Positions 1 to 8,149 of a stretch of 64,000 nucleotides of DNA are shown in pieces. Below the pieces are notes generated by a model. The model was not told where the DNA came from. It searched no databases and saw only the letters and a list, made by a program, of their open reading frames with translations. Origin of the DNA: a virus (lineage: Duplodnaviria; Caudoviricetes); IMG/VR virus record IMGVR_UViG_3300020049_011574, positions 452 to 64,451 of that record; one strand, written 5' to 3'. The position numbers and the translations under genes are program-made. Each line of letters opens with the position of its first letter. Position 1 is the first letter of the stretch.

Positions 1-1
1 A

Positions 2-322
2 AAACCAATAATTGGAAAAAAGTACGTTAATGGGAAAGCTAATTTCCCTGAGGGCGTATGGTCGCGATTTATTGAAACCAAATCAGGTATGGCAACTATG
101 TCCGAAGAAGTATTTCACGAAACTTTTGTTGAGCTTGATGTTGCTGGGCTTACAAGACAAGTAGAGGAATCCTTGACGTTTTTATGTCAATATGCTTACG
201 ATGCTGGATATACGACAGGAGACGATAGAACAGTCACAGGTAAAGATGTAGACCTGAGTGTTAAGGCAACAGCTCTAAAGATTGTGGGCTTGTTATTAAA
301 CCAAGAAGGAGAAACAAAATGA
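2..322 (+). CDS. Hypothetical protein, 5'-truncated by the window edge
   Basis: The frame of track ORF 89..322 is open back to base 2 (KPIIGKKYVNGK...). Its C-terminal ~58 aa are shared with 1163..1516. Confidence 0.7.
   Translation, partial: KPIIGKKYVNGKANFPEGVWSRFIETKSGMATMSEEVFHETFVELDVAGLTRQVEESLTFLCQYAYDAGYTTGDDRTVTGKDVDLSVKATALKIVGLLLNQEGETK
144..318 (+). repeat. 175-bp direct repeat, copy 1
   Basis: Matches 1335..1509 with 6 differences by my count, all transitions. Confidence 0.95.
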
Positions 323-789
323 CTTATATAGAAATTTACGAACAATATCTAACAACAATGAAATCGAAATATTTACCTGATGGTATAGACAAATTATTTG
401 AGTTATATAAGCAGGAACTTGTTGATGAACAACAAATACTAAATATTTTACAAGGCTTTAAACAAGCGTACACTTTAGCTAGTGCCCAAATATCTAGATG
501 GACAGATGAGACAAATTTATATGTAGTTTGGACGTGTACCAGTCAGGCTTGCCACGAACTTTTAAAGGCCTTGCAAGCTTTTGAACCAAGAGAAAGAAAC
601 AAAATGAGTGAAGCAGAAAAAGCTTTAGAGAAAATACTTTTTAATTTATACGAAATGGGTGGCATTAACAAACAACGTATTAAGGATGGGTTTTTAACCG
701 ATGAGGAAGAAATGGCTTATCAGAGAACGTTGATTTTTGAGACGATTACTGCGATAAAAAACATTTTTGTTGAGTTAGGTGAGGAGTAA
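319..789 (+). CDS. Hypothetical protein
   Basis: 156-aa ORF; ATGA overlap with upstream gene; AGGAG RBS. Confidence 0.75.
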   Translation: MTYIEIYEQYLTTMKSKYLPDGIDKLFELYKQELVDEQQILNILQGFKQAYTLASAQISRWTDETNLYVVWTCTSQACHELLKALQAFEPRERNKMSEAEKALEKILFNLYEMGGINKQRIKDGFLTDEEEMAYQRTLIFETITAIKNIFVELGEE

Positions 790-793
790 CAAA

Positions 794-1141
794 ATGAACG
801 ATTTTTATAGATTTATAGGCAAAGATAGTTTAGGTTATATAAACGGAAATGTTTACCAGCTCAGACAATGGACAGCTAACTATAAAGGCAAACCACATCA
901 TTGGATTTCACTTCCAGGTGGTATGCAGAAATGTCCTTATAGTTCGATAGATAAATTTAATGAAAATTGGTTATCTGTAAATGTTGAACCTCCAATAAAT
1001 CCTAAGCCATTAATGCCATCATCAGACCGTCTGATGTCATACGGCAATTACTCACCTATTAGACATGAAAGAAAACCTATTAATCCATATATGAAATTGC
1101 TAAAAGATTTGATAGAAATTGCTAAAAGATTTGATACATAG
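794..1141 (+). CDS. Hypothetical protein
   Basis: Track ORF 779..1141; the ATG at 794 follows the junction motif/RBS. Confidence 0.7.
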   Translation: MNDFYRFIGKDSLGYINGNVYQLRQWTANYKGKPHHWISLPGGMQKCPYSSIDKFNENWLSVNVEPPINPKPLMPSSDRLMSYGNYSPIRHERKPINPYMKLLKDLIEIAKRFDT

Positions 1142-1162
1142 AGTTAGGTGAGGAGTAACTAG

Positions 1163-1516
1163 ATGAAAGAACAACAAACATGGATATTAAAACCAGGGCA
1201 TGAAATATTAAATGGTAAAGATAATGATTACGAATGGACTGCATTAGTAAAACCTGGTGAGGATGTTACTACAGGGTTCTGTTCAACTATAAGCACAACT
1301 ATTTGGGAGAAGCATTTTATGCCTTTGAGCGTGTCTGGGCTTACAAGACAAGTAGAAGAATCCTTGACGTTTTTATGTCAATATGCTTACGATGCTGGAT
1401 ATACGATAGGAAACGATAGAACAGTCACAGGTAAAGATGTAGACCTGAGTGTTAAGGCAACAGCTCTAGAGATTGTGGGTTTGTTGTTAAACCAAGAAGG
1501 AGAAACAAAGAAATGA
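1163..1516 (+). CDS. Hypothetical protein (paralogous C-terminus with 2..322)
   Basis: 117-aa ORF after junction motif; contains repeat copy 2. Confidence 0.75.
   Translation: MKEQQTWILKPGHEILNGKDNDYEWTALVKPGEDVTTGFCSTISTTIWEKHFMPLSVSGLTRQVEESLTFLCQYAYDAGYTIGNDRTVTGKDVDLSVKATALEIVGLLLNQEGETKK
1335..1509 (+). repeat. 175-bp direct repeat, copy 2
   Basis: Matches 144..318. Confidence 0.95.
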
Positions 1517-1743
1517 AAATTATAGAAGGCAATAAATATAAATGCTTATGCACAGTCGTAGGTTATGGTGGCAATGTCAATAAGGATGGCGTACTTGAAG
1601 TTTTAGATGCACAGTTTGACTCTACGTTTCAGTCATTCATTTTGTTAGGAACAACTACAGAAACTAGCGGGGACACTTGGACAATTCCCTTAGATATATT
1701 TCAAAGCTGTTTTGAGCCTGTTGAGTTAGGTGGGAGTAACTAA
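1513..1743 (+). CDS. Hypothetical protein
   Basis: 76-aa ORF; ATGA overlap with upstream gene. Confidence 0.7.
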   Translation: MKIIEGNKYKCLCTVVGYGGNVNKDGVLEVLDAQFDSTFQSFILLGTTTETSGDTWTIPLDIFQSCFEPVELGGSN

Positions 1744-1802
1744 ATGAAAGAACACAAATATGACTGGGATAAACTTTTTTAAAGTTTTCTATTGACAGAT
1801 TG

Positions 1803-2252
1803 TTAAAAGGTTATTTTGTAGTTGTTCCTGGCTCGTATTGCTTCTTCGATTGTTTTGTAGTTCCCTAGGTGTATTCGTTTTTTGTTTATTGTTATGCGGG
1901 CTGTCCAGCGTTGATCTTTTTTGTTCCACACTACGCCTTTGTGGCCACTTGTGTTTCGGGTTGGGGTTTTGGAGTTGAGTGCGTTTTTTGATTTGTTTGA
2001 TGCTCTTAGGTTTTCGCGACGGTTGTCTAGTTTGTTTTGGTTGATATGATCGATGAGTGTTTCTGGGCCTGTGTTTGTTATTAGTTTATGGAGGCTGATT
2101 AGTTTTCCGTCTATGAGTGCTTTGGCGTAGGTGTTGTTGTACCATGTGTATTGTTCTAAATATATGTATTCGGGGTCGATGATTGCGAATCCTTGTTTGC
2201 CGTCTGGGCCGAGGGGGAGTAGTGCGTGATCTTTGATTATGATTGCTTTCAT
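1803..2252 (-). CDS. HNH homing endonuclease with AP2-like C-terminal domain
   Basis: IDHINQNKLDNRRENLR HNH motif; SGHKGVVW...WTARI...IHLGNYKTIEEAIRAR AP2 motif. Confidence 0.92.
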   Translation of the reverse strand: MKAIIIKDHALLPLGPDGKQGFAIIDPEYIYLEQYTWYNNTYAKALIDGKLISLHKLITNTGPETLIDHINQNKLDNRRENLRASNKSKNALNSKTPTRNTSGHKGVVWNKKDQRWTARITINKKRIHLGNYKTIEEAIRARNNYKITF

Positions 2253-2707
2253 AGGTTATATTATATTCGACAAGGTAGGTTTTGTAAAGAAAAAGTTTAA
2301 GAAAGTCCTTTACAAATACTATTTACATGTTACCCTATTGACATGAGCCTAAGATAGAAGGTAGGTCGGGGAGGAATCTTTTCAGTAAGAACTATAAAGT
2401 TCTTCAGAAAACATTCTGGTTATTTTTCTTTATCTAGAGTTATAATAAGATGTTTCTTCGAAAATCTCATTATATGTTACTACTTGTTCTATTACACTCT
2501 GTTGTATAACACTAATTGGGAAGTAACCTAACGATATACGAAACGTCTATCCCTGTTTTGGATAGATGCTCATAAAAAAAGTGTGTTATCTTGTGGTATA
2601 TTGTATGTCACGCTGTGTGGTATTATTATAATAATATCTAAAGTTACTTGCATAAATGACGATAGTAAGATATAATGATATTAAGAAGTTAAACGAGGAG
2701 AAAACAA
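2253..2707. promoter_or_regulatory. AT-rich non-coding control region with divergent promoters and hairpins
   Basis: No ORF. Inverted repeats TTTGTAAAG/CTTTACAAA (~2281-2315), AAGAACT/AGTTCTT (~2385-2403), TCTATCC/GGATAGA (~2546-2566). CTATTGACA at 2335. Confidence 0.7.
2648..2676 (+). promoter_or_regulatory. Housekeeping-sigma promoter for early genes
   Basis: TTGCAT-17 bp-TATAAT, upstream of GAGGAG RBS and ATG at 2708. Confidence 0.8.
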
Positions 2708-2860
2708 ATGAGAGATAATAAACGAATATATATTTCAATTTTAGGTGTGGTTGCAACTACATTGGTGGTTGTGATGTTGGCTGGTGTTACTAGTTATCGT
2801 GTGCCTAGTAGAGATGATAGGTTATCTGGTACACAAGAGAGAATAGAGGTTAACAAATGA
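2708..2860 (+). CDS. Small membrane protein (50 aa, below the track cutoff)
   Basis: MRDNKRIYISILGVVATTLVVVMLAGVTSY..., one hydrophobic helix; strong RBS. Confidence 0.7.
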   Translation: MRDNKRIYISILGVVATTLVVVMLAGVTSYRVPSRDDRLSGTQERIEVNK

Positions 2861-3036
2861 AATATATCCTTACAGTCGGAAGTAATATCCGAATACCATT
2901 AGACGCAATAGAGTCTAAGCGTATTGTCCAAGTACCCTACATAGGTGACAGGACTAGACCTAAACACCTAATCACTTACAAGGGTGTAGAGTATGAAGTA
3001 GCTAGATCAAGTTACAGTAAGATATACCACGTATAA
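2857..3036 (+). CDS. Hypothetical protein (59 aa, below the track cutoff)
   Basis: MKYILTVGSNIRIPLDAIESKR...; ATGA overlap with upstream gene. Confidence 0.65.
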   Translation: MKYILTVGSNIRIPLDAIESKRIVQVPYIGDRTRPKHLITYKGVEYEVARSSYSKIYHV

Positions 3037-3064
3037 ACCAAAGAAACTAAAGAGAGGTAAACAA

Positions 3065-3415
3065 ATGATAAGCACGATAAATAAACAGAATCCAGGCTTA
3101 GGCCGAATGATAGAATCTAGCCTAATGGCATGTATGCCTAAACCAGGTGACCCGATAAACATAGAGGGTATATATTATAGTGGTAAGAATGTAATCTTAT
3201 TACTTACAGCACAAGCGGTCAAAGGGTATAGCTCTAATATATGGGGGGGGTTCATATCACTCAAAGCTAAGGGTTATCAAGTCCGCAAAGGTGAGAGGGC
3301 AACGCCAATAGTATTCTATAAGTCCAACGATGATGACGGTGAGAGAGTATATAGGACACTAAACGTATTCAACATAGAGCAATGCGACAAAATCGAAGAA
3401 GTAACAGCCAACTAA
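3065..3415 (+). CDS. ardC: ArdC-like N-terminal ssDNA-binding (antirestriction) domain protein
   Basis: YSGKNVILL...WGGFISLKAKGYQVRKGERATPIVFYK...NVFNIEQCD matches the ArdC-N/DUF1738 pattern; no zincin C-domain. Confidence 0.8.
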   Translation: MISTINKQNPGLGRMIESSLMACMPKPGDPINIEGIYYSGKNVILLLTAQAVKGYSSNIWGGFISLKAKGYQVRKGERATPIVFYKSNDDDGERVYRTLNVFNIEQCDKIEEVTAN

Positions 3416-3444
3416 ATAAATAAACTAAAGAGAGGTAAACACTA

Positions 3445-3678
3445 ATGAGAATCAACTACTACAATGATATGACTTTTCAACCAGTCAACAGCCCACAAGA
3501 TGACTCGATTGACTACTACAATTATGAACTAACCTACTATGCCGAGTGCATCAGCTCAATTAACCACAGTAGCCTAGACGATGCACGACGCTTGGTACTT
3601 GAGGCCGTTGGCCTATACGACATAGAGGTGCATATAGCCGGGCAAATGATACTCGACCAACTCAGAGAGGTAGCATAA
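3445..3678 (+). CDS. Hypothetical early protein (paralog of 6369..6581)
   Basis: YELTYYAECI...SLDDARRLV vs YELDYYAELL...SLETARNMI. Confidence 0.75.
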   Translation: MRINYYNDMTFQPVNSPQDDSIDYYNYELTYYAECISSINHSSLDDARRLVLEAVGLYDIEVHIAGQMILDQLREVA

Positions 3679-3932
3679 TGAACACAATACAAAGCGGATA
3701 TAAGCTAACAGCCAACAAAGCACAAGCTAAGGTAGATGCTATTAGAGATAACCCAGTAATGCAACAGATACTAGCCGACTCATTCGGCGGCATAATGTAC
3801 AACACAGCAAACCAACACAAATACAACACAACCAACCTACTAGCACAATGGGACAAGCTCACACCAACAGAGCAAGACCTAGCTGGTGGCATAATCAAGG
3901 GTGCTATCAACTTCATCCAAGACCAAGACTAA
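3678..3932 (+). CDS. Hypothetical early protein
   Basis: 84-aa ORF; TAATG overlap; GAGG RBS. Confidence 0.75.
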   Translation: MNTIQSGYKLTANKAQAKVDAIRDNPVMQQILADSFGGIMYNTANQHKYNTTNLLAQWDKLTPTEQDLAGGIIKGAINFIQDQD

Positions 3933-3963
3933 TCAACACAACTAAAGAGAGGTAAACAACACA

Positions 3964-4155
3964 ATGAGCGAACATACACAACTAACATCAACCATCGAAC
4001 TAGTAAACCCAGACTATAAAGGCTATCGCATAGAACGACACGCAAGCCAAGGCGAATACGAGTGGTGCGCATATGCCCTAGACGGCACTTCGGACTTAGA
4101 GGGATTCGGATTCGCTAGCGAACTCAAAGCCGCAATAGATGACGAGGTGGCATAA
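3964..4155 (+). CDS. Hypothetical early protein (YKGY...AAID family)
   Basis: 63 aa; similar to 4155..4400 and 6137..6376. Confidence 0.7.
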   Translation: MSEHTQLTSTIELVNPDYKGYRIERHASQGEYEWCAYALDGTSDLEGFGFASELKAAIDDEVA

Positions 4156-4400
4156 TGAACTACCGAAATAGAAACATAGTCAAAGTATTCGTGAGAGTAG
4201 AAGTCTACGAAGTAGGCGAAGAATACGAAACTCAAACAAAACAACTATTAGACAACGAAGTGCATTTCGCGGGCTACACCCATAAAACACAAGACGCTAA
4301 ACAAATGGACATTATTCTTAACAATAAACTGTATTACATCGATGGTGGTTATCAATCGTTAGACGACACAAAGCAAGCAATCGACCAAGGGGCAATCTAA
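4155..4400 (+). CDS. Hypothetical early protein
   Basis: 81 aa; ends YQSLDDTKQAID. Confidence 0.7.
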   Translation: MNYRNRNIVKVFVRVEVYEVGEEYETQTKQLLDNEVHFAGYTHKTQDAKQMDIILNNKLYYIDGGYQSLDDTKQAIDQGAI

Positions 4401-4588
4401 TGATAATGGCACTAAGAAGCAGAACAACAGAAGAACTACAAGAAGCATACGAAGCGTTTAGAGTGACACTAACATTCGTAGGAACAGGACTAATCCGTAC
4501 AGGCATAGAATCCTATAAGCTAGACATAGCAAGAGAGCTAGACGCTAGAGGCATAACGACAGCAATGACAAGAGAGGCAAACAAATGA
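4400..4588 (+). CDS. Hypothetical early protein
   Basis: 62-aa ORF, coupled to both neighbours. Confidence 0.65.
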   Translation: MIMALRSRTTEELQEAYEAFRVTLTFVGTGLIRTGIESYKLDIARELDARGITTAMTREANK

Positions 4589-4983
4589 GCAACAGTAAGA
4601 ATATGGACTATATACCCATAATGGACACCAAGAGCGTTAAAGCAAGGCAAGAAGTCAGAGGCAAAATCAAAGACCATGCAATCAAACTCAATAAAACCAA
4701 ATACACTACATTCCCTTGGATCACAGTAGCGCACTGGTTCAAACTACAAACCAGCGAACTAGCCTATGACACAGACGGTGAACTAATCCTAGACGCAACA
4801 GGTAGAGCAACATTCAGAGCACGACACAACAGGCTAATAGAAGCACTCGAAACCGAATACAAACTCGCTATAGATACCCTTGGAACATGCGACCAAACAG
4901 CATTATTAGAGGAAGTATTGCAATGGGTAGAAGGGCAACCGGATTTAATACACAAATACGACCGAACATTTAAAGCTCACTAA
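4585..4983 (+). CDS. Hypothetical early protein
   Basis: 132-aa ORF; ATGA overlap. Confidence 0.7.
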   Translation: MSNSKNMDYIPIMDTKSVKARQEVRGKIKDHAIKLNKTKYTTFPWITVAHWFKLQTSELAYDTDGELILDATGRATFRARHNRLIEALETEYKLAIDTLGTCDQTALLEEVLQWVEGQPDLIHKYDRTFKAH

Positions 4984-4997
4984 GAGTGAAATAACTA

Positions 4998-5025
4998 TTG
5001 ACAATTAAGAATAGTATGATATCTT
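4998..5025 (+). promoter_or_regulatory. Promoter for the clamp-like gene
   Basis: TTGACA-16 bp-TATCTT with extended TG; followed by GAAAGG RBS and ATG at 5056. Confidence 0.6.
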
Positions 5026-5055
5026 AATATTATACATAACGAAAGGTAAACATAA

Positions 5056-5937
5056 ATGAAACTCAACAAAACACTAATCAACCGACTACTTAAAGGCTCA
5101 CTAGTAATACAAGACGAGCAAGAAGAAAACTATTTATTCCGCGGCGACAATTTCAGAGCAATCTTACCATGCGCACCAATAGACGAGATCACCAGCAAAG
5201 TGAGCGAGCGAGCACAATATGGTGACGTATTCAAAGCAGACCTAAGCGAGATCAAAGGCAAGGAAATATCTAATCCGCTACACCTAAAAGACTATAAGAA
5301 CTTCGTAAGCAACGACGAAGCAAGACCATTACTATGCGCACTACACTTCACAGATACTAAAATTGCAGCAACAGATTCGTACCGACTAATCGAAGGCAAC
5401 AATTATAGTGGCATCACTGGAAACTATGACTATAAAGCCTTGGAACTTGTCGGCCTATTCGACCTAAAGAATGGTATTCAAACAGAATCAGGCGAACTAT
5501 ACTTCGGAGACTCACTAAGCATTGTTCCAACACCAGGCGAATACCCTAACTACGAGATGCTATTCCCATCAGGTGATCCGGTTAAAGTGACTACATGCCC
5601 ATTACCCAAGACTTTAAACAACCCGTATAGTCATAACGATAATACGCCAATGATTCGCTTAGATGGCGATACAGCACAAGTACACGTAAGCAACGGCAAG
5701 GGTGCAAGAGTATCAATACTCACATTGAATAACCATCTAACACCAAAATCAAGCGAGAAGATAGAACTCAACTATCAATATTTCAAACAACTCATGGACG
5801 TACTAGGTAACGAAATAGAAGTCACATTCATTTGTGGACTTAAACCATTGACAGTATCAGACGATAAATACCGAGCAATGCTAATGCCAGTAAGATTCGA
5901 CAACGATACAATCTTAGTAAGAGGTGAAGCCAAATGA
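5056..5937 (+). CDS. dnaN: DNA polymerase III beta-clamp-like protein (shortened, 293 aa)
   Basis: FVSNDEARPLLCALHF...AATDSYRL, GEYPNYEMLFP and terminal AMLMPVR match beta-clamp motifs. Confidence 0.8.
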   Translation: MKLNKTLINRLLKGSLVIQDEQEENYLFRGDNFRAILPCAPIDEITSKVSERAQYGDVFKADLSEIKGKEISNPLHLKDYKNFVSNDEARPLLCALHFTDTKIAATDSYRLIEGNNYSGITGNYDYKALELVGLFDLKNGIQTESGELYFGDSLSIVPTPGEYPNYEMLFPSGDPVKVTTCPLPKTLNNPYSHNDNTPMIRLDGDTAQVHVSNGKGARVSILTLNNHLTPKSSEKIELNYQYFKQLMDVLGNEIEVTFICGLKPLTVSDDKYRAMLMPVRFDNDTILVRGEAK

Positions 5938-6137
5938 CCATCACCACTACCAAAGACCAACTAGGTAGAGTCCTAGACAAGCTAGATGACACAATGGCAA
6001 GTATCGAAGCAAGCGCCCAGATACTAGCCAAAACAATGAGCGAACTAGAACTTAAACGAATGAGCAAATCAACCAAATCAATAGATTCAATCATTGCTTT
6101 TAGAGCAATAGAGATACAACGAGAGGAAAACAACTAA
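5934..6137 (+). CDS. Hypothetical coiled-coil protein
   Basis: 67 aa, translationally coupled. Confidence 0.65.
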   Translation: MTITTTKDQLGRVLDKLDDTMASIEASAQILAKTMSELELKRMSKSTKSIDSIIAFRAIEIQREENN

Positions 6138-6376
6138 TGGCATTCTTATATAAAGGCTACGAGATAATCGGCAAATCAATCATAGAACACTACAACGAAC
6201 TAGACGAATACGGGACATACCTAGACACTTACGAAGAAACAGGCGACGGAATTGATTCTTACGAGTTTATTATCATCGACCAAGACACAGACTTTGACGA
6301 GAAATATACAGATCAACCAACATACGACACTATAGAACAAGCTAAACAAGCAATAGATGAGATCAGTCATGCCTAA
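6137..6376 (+). CDS. Hypothetical acidic protein (YKGY...QAID family)
   Basis: 79 aa; YKGYEII...YDTIEQAKQAIDE. Confidence 0.7.
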   Translation: MAFLYKGYEIIGKSIIEHYNELDEYGTYLDTYEETGDGIDSYEFIIIDQDTDFDEKYTDQPTYDTIEQAKQAIDEISHA

Positions 6377-6581
6377 AGCTAAACCACGAAAATACGAATA
6401 CGAGCAATACGAACTCGACTATTACGCCGAATTACTATGCACTACACGTTATTTCGATTCGTTAGAAACAGCCAGGAATATGATAATGCATGTAGCTGAC
6501 GAACATCATTCGAACATCGAACAAGCAGGCGAATACCTACTTAAGAAGTTTAAAGAGATTGAGGAAGAAACAAACATATAA
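6369..6581 (+). CDS. Hypothetical protein (paralog of 3445..3678)
   Basis: Track ORF 6357..6581; ATG at 6369. Confidence 0.7.
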   Translation: MPKAKPRKYEYEQYELDYYAELLCTTRYFDSLETARNMIMHVADEHHSNIEQAGEYLLKKFKEIEEETNI

Positions 6582-6610
6582 CACGGAAGTTTTTAACGAA
6601 AGGTAAACAA

Positions 6611-6997
6611 ATGAACAAACGAAACAAGGAACTAGAAGAAGCATTTTCGGATGACGATTCTAAGAAACTAAGCAAGAAAAGCAAACAGATTATCGGTGCA
6701 TTTATGGGTATCACAGCCCTACTCGCAGCTATTTTCTTTAGTGGATATACACTAGGCGCAAGAATAGATAAGCCAAACCCAGCAATGTCATGCCGTAGAG
6801 CATTCGACACTATAGCTCAACAGTTAGACGGGTCTAAAGATGCCACAGCAGCAGCAATCCGTGGAACAACAGCAATTCCAAACAAGGACGCTGAAATCAC
6901 AAAGCTAGTAACTGAATGTCTAGGCGAATTACCACCGTTACCAGAACCAGCGACAACAACGACGACGGTAGCACCAACAACAACGGTGGCGAAATAA
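6611..6997 (+). CDS. Membrane-anchored protein with Thr-rich tail
   Basis: One TM helix, two Cys, C-terminus PATTTTTVAPTTTVAK. Confidence 0.75.
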   Translation: MNKRNKELEEAFSDDDSKKLSKKSKQIIGAFMGITALLAAIFFSGYTLGARIDKPNPAMSCRRAFDTIAQQLDGSKDATAAAIRGTTAIPNKDAEITKLVTECLGELPPLPEPATTTTTVAPTTTVAK

Positions 6998-7170
6998 TGT
7001 TTAGTCGTAACCAGTCAACATTATTAGCAATTTTCATTGCAGCCATATGGATTTGGGTGCTCACTGATCTGGGTACTTACAGAATGTCTGACTGGCTATT
7101 CTGGGTATTCGGTGGAGCATTCATTTACATGGTACTTTGGATTTGTACCAGCAAAAAGGTGGTGAAGTAA
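6997..7170 (+). CDS. Small two-helix membrane protein
   Basis: ATG at 6997 (TAATG overlap); hydrophobic sequence. Confidence 0.7.
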   Translation: MFSRNQSTLLAIFIAAIWIWVLTDLGTYRMSDWLFWVFGGAFIYMVLWICTSKKVVK

Positions 7171-7469
7171 TGAGCAAAACAAAATATAACAAAAACAATA
7201 ACCCTGTGCTTATAGTGACTAGAGCAATAGTTGTCTGGTCAATATTTCTTAGTGGTGGAGCATCATTAGCTTTACTTATTGGAGCACACAGTATGCTACT
7301 AACACCTAAGACGGACATACAATTCTATGCTCTTATGTGTTGGGCTTTATTTGCGGCGATACTCCAAGAGAAAAGATGGTATAACTCCAATAGTATCATT
7401 AAAACGCTAGCAGGAATTGTCATTATTTGTATTATGGCACAAGCAGCAAGTGTGACAGGAGTCATCTAA
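7170..7469 (+). CDS. Multi-pass membrane protein
   Basis: ATG at 7170; about three hydrophobic segments. Confidence 0.7.
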   Translation: MSKTKYNKNNNPVLIVTRAIVVWSIFLSGGASLALLIGAHSMLLTPKTDIQFYALMCWALFAAILQEKRWYNSNSIIKTLAGIVIICIMAQAASVTGVI

Positions 7470-8134
7470 TGTTTGGAACAATAGGAATAGCAGTAGCAGG
7501 AGCAATCACTGTAGCAACATCAGTCTTAGGAGTAACAACACCTCCAAAGACCGACCCTTACAGTGGACTGACACCACAAACAACAGTAGTAGCACAAGTA
7601 GCACCAGCAACTACAACACAACCACCAACATTTGTTAGAGGGAAAGTAGTAGGAACTGACTGTAGACCAGACTGGAACAAATCAGCACACTACGAATCTG
7701 AAACCGTAGGAAAAGCAGAGCTATATTATTACTTCAACAAAGCAGGAATACCAGCTCAATACCATGAAACAATGGCAGCAATAGCAATGTCGGAATCAAT
7801 CCGAGGGCAAATCAGTTGCCACGGCGACGACTATAAACCATACTTCATGCAAAAAGCAGCAAACGGTCAAACCTACACCTATTCAATAGGCTTATTTCAA
7901 ATAAGACTAGTCAAAGAACAAACAGGAACAGGGCAATGTCGAGACGAAAACCGTCTAAAAGATAACATCGAGCAGCAAGTAATTTGCGCTTGGGAAATAT
8001 CAGGCAACGGCAAATCATGGACACCATGGAGTGTTACCCACAGTAAACGAGGAAAACCCTACCTTAACTGGATGGGCAAAAACTGGAATGCGTTTACTTG
8101 GGATGGCAAAAACTGGACTGAAAGTCCTAACTAA
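7469..8134 (+). CDS. Secreted or anchored lysozyme-like (SLT) transglycosylase
   Basis: N-terminal hydrophobic segment and Thr/Pro linker; AIAMSES (catalytic Glu), SIGLFQI and SWTPWS motifs. Confidence 0.8.
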   Translation: MFGTIGIAVAGAITVATSVLGVTTPPKTDPYSGLTPQTTVVAQVAPATTTQPPTFVRGKVVGTDCRPDWNKSAHYESETVGKAELYYYFNKAGIPAQYHETMAAIAMSESIRGQISCHGDDYKPYFMQKAANGQTYTYSIGLFQIRLVKEQTGTGQCRDENRLKDNIEQQVICAWEISGNGKSWTPWSVTHSKRGKPYLNWMGKNWNAFTWDGKNWTESPN

Positions 8135-8149
8135 ACGAAAGGAAAACAA

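Larger units (their letters stand above)
772..1740 (+). repeat. Gene-junction motif GAGTTAGGTG(A)GGAGTAAC, 3 copies (772-790, 1141-1159, 1723-1740)
   Basis: Near-identical 18-19 bp motif; each copy is followed 3 nt later by ATGAA. Confidence 0.9.
3045..3958 (+). repeat. Start-associated 19-bp repeat AACTAAAGAGAGGTAAACA, 3 copies (3045, 3423, 3940)
   Basis: Perfect copies, each ending 1-5 nt before an ATG (3065, 3445, 3964). Confidence 0.92.

Noticed and set aside
144-1509. Repeat pair as a DGR template/variable region
   Set aside because: The differences are mixed transitions (G/A, C/T, A/G), not adenine-specific, and no reverse transcriptase is present.
772-3958. Short repeats as a CRISPR array
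   Set aside because: Spacing is 350-580 bp with whole genes between copies, and the repeats contain RBSs.
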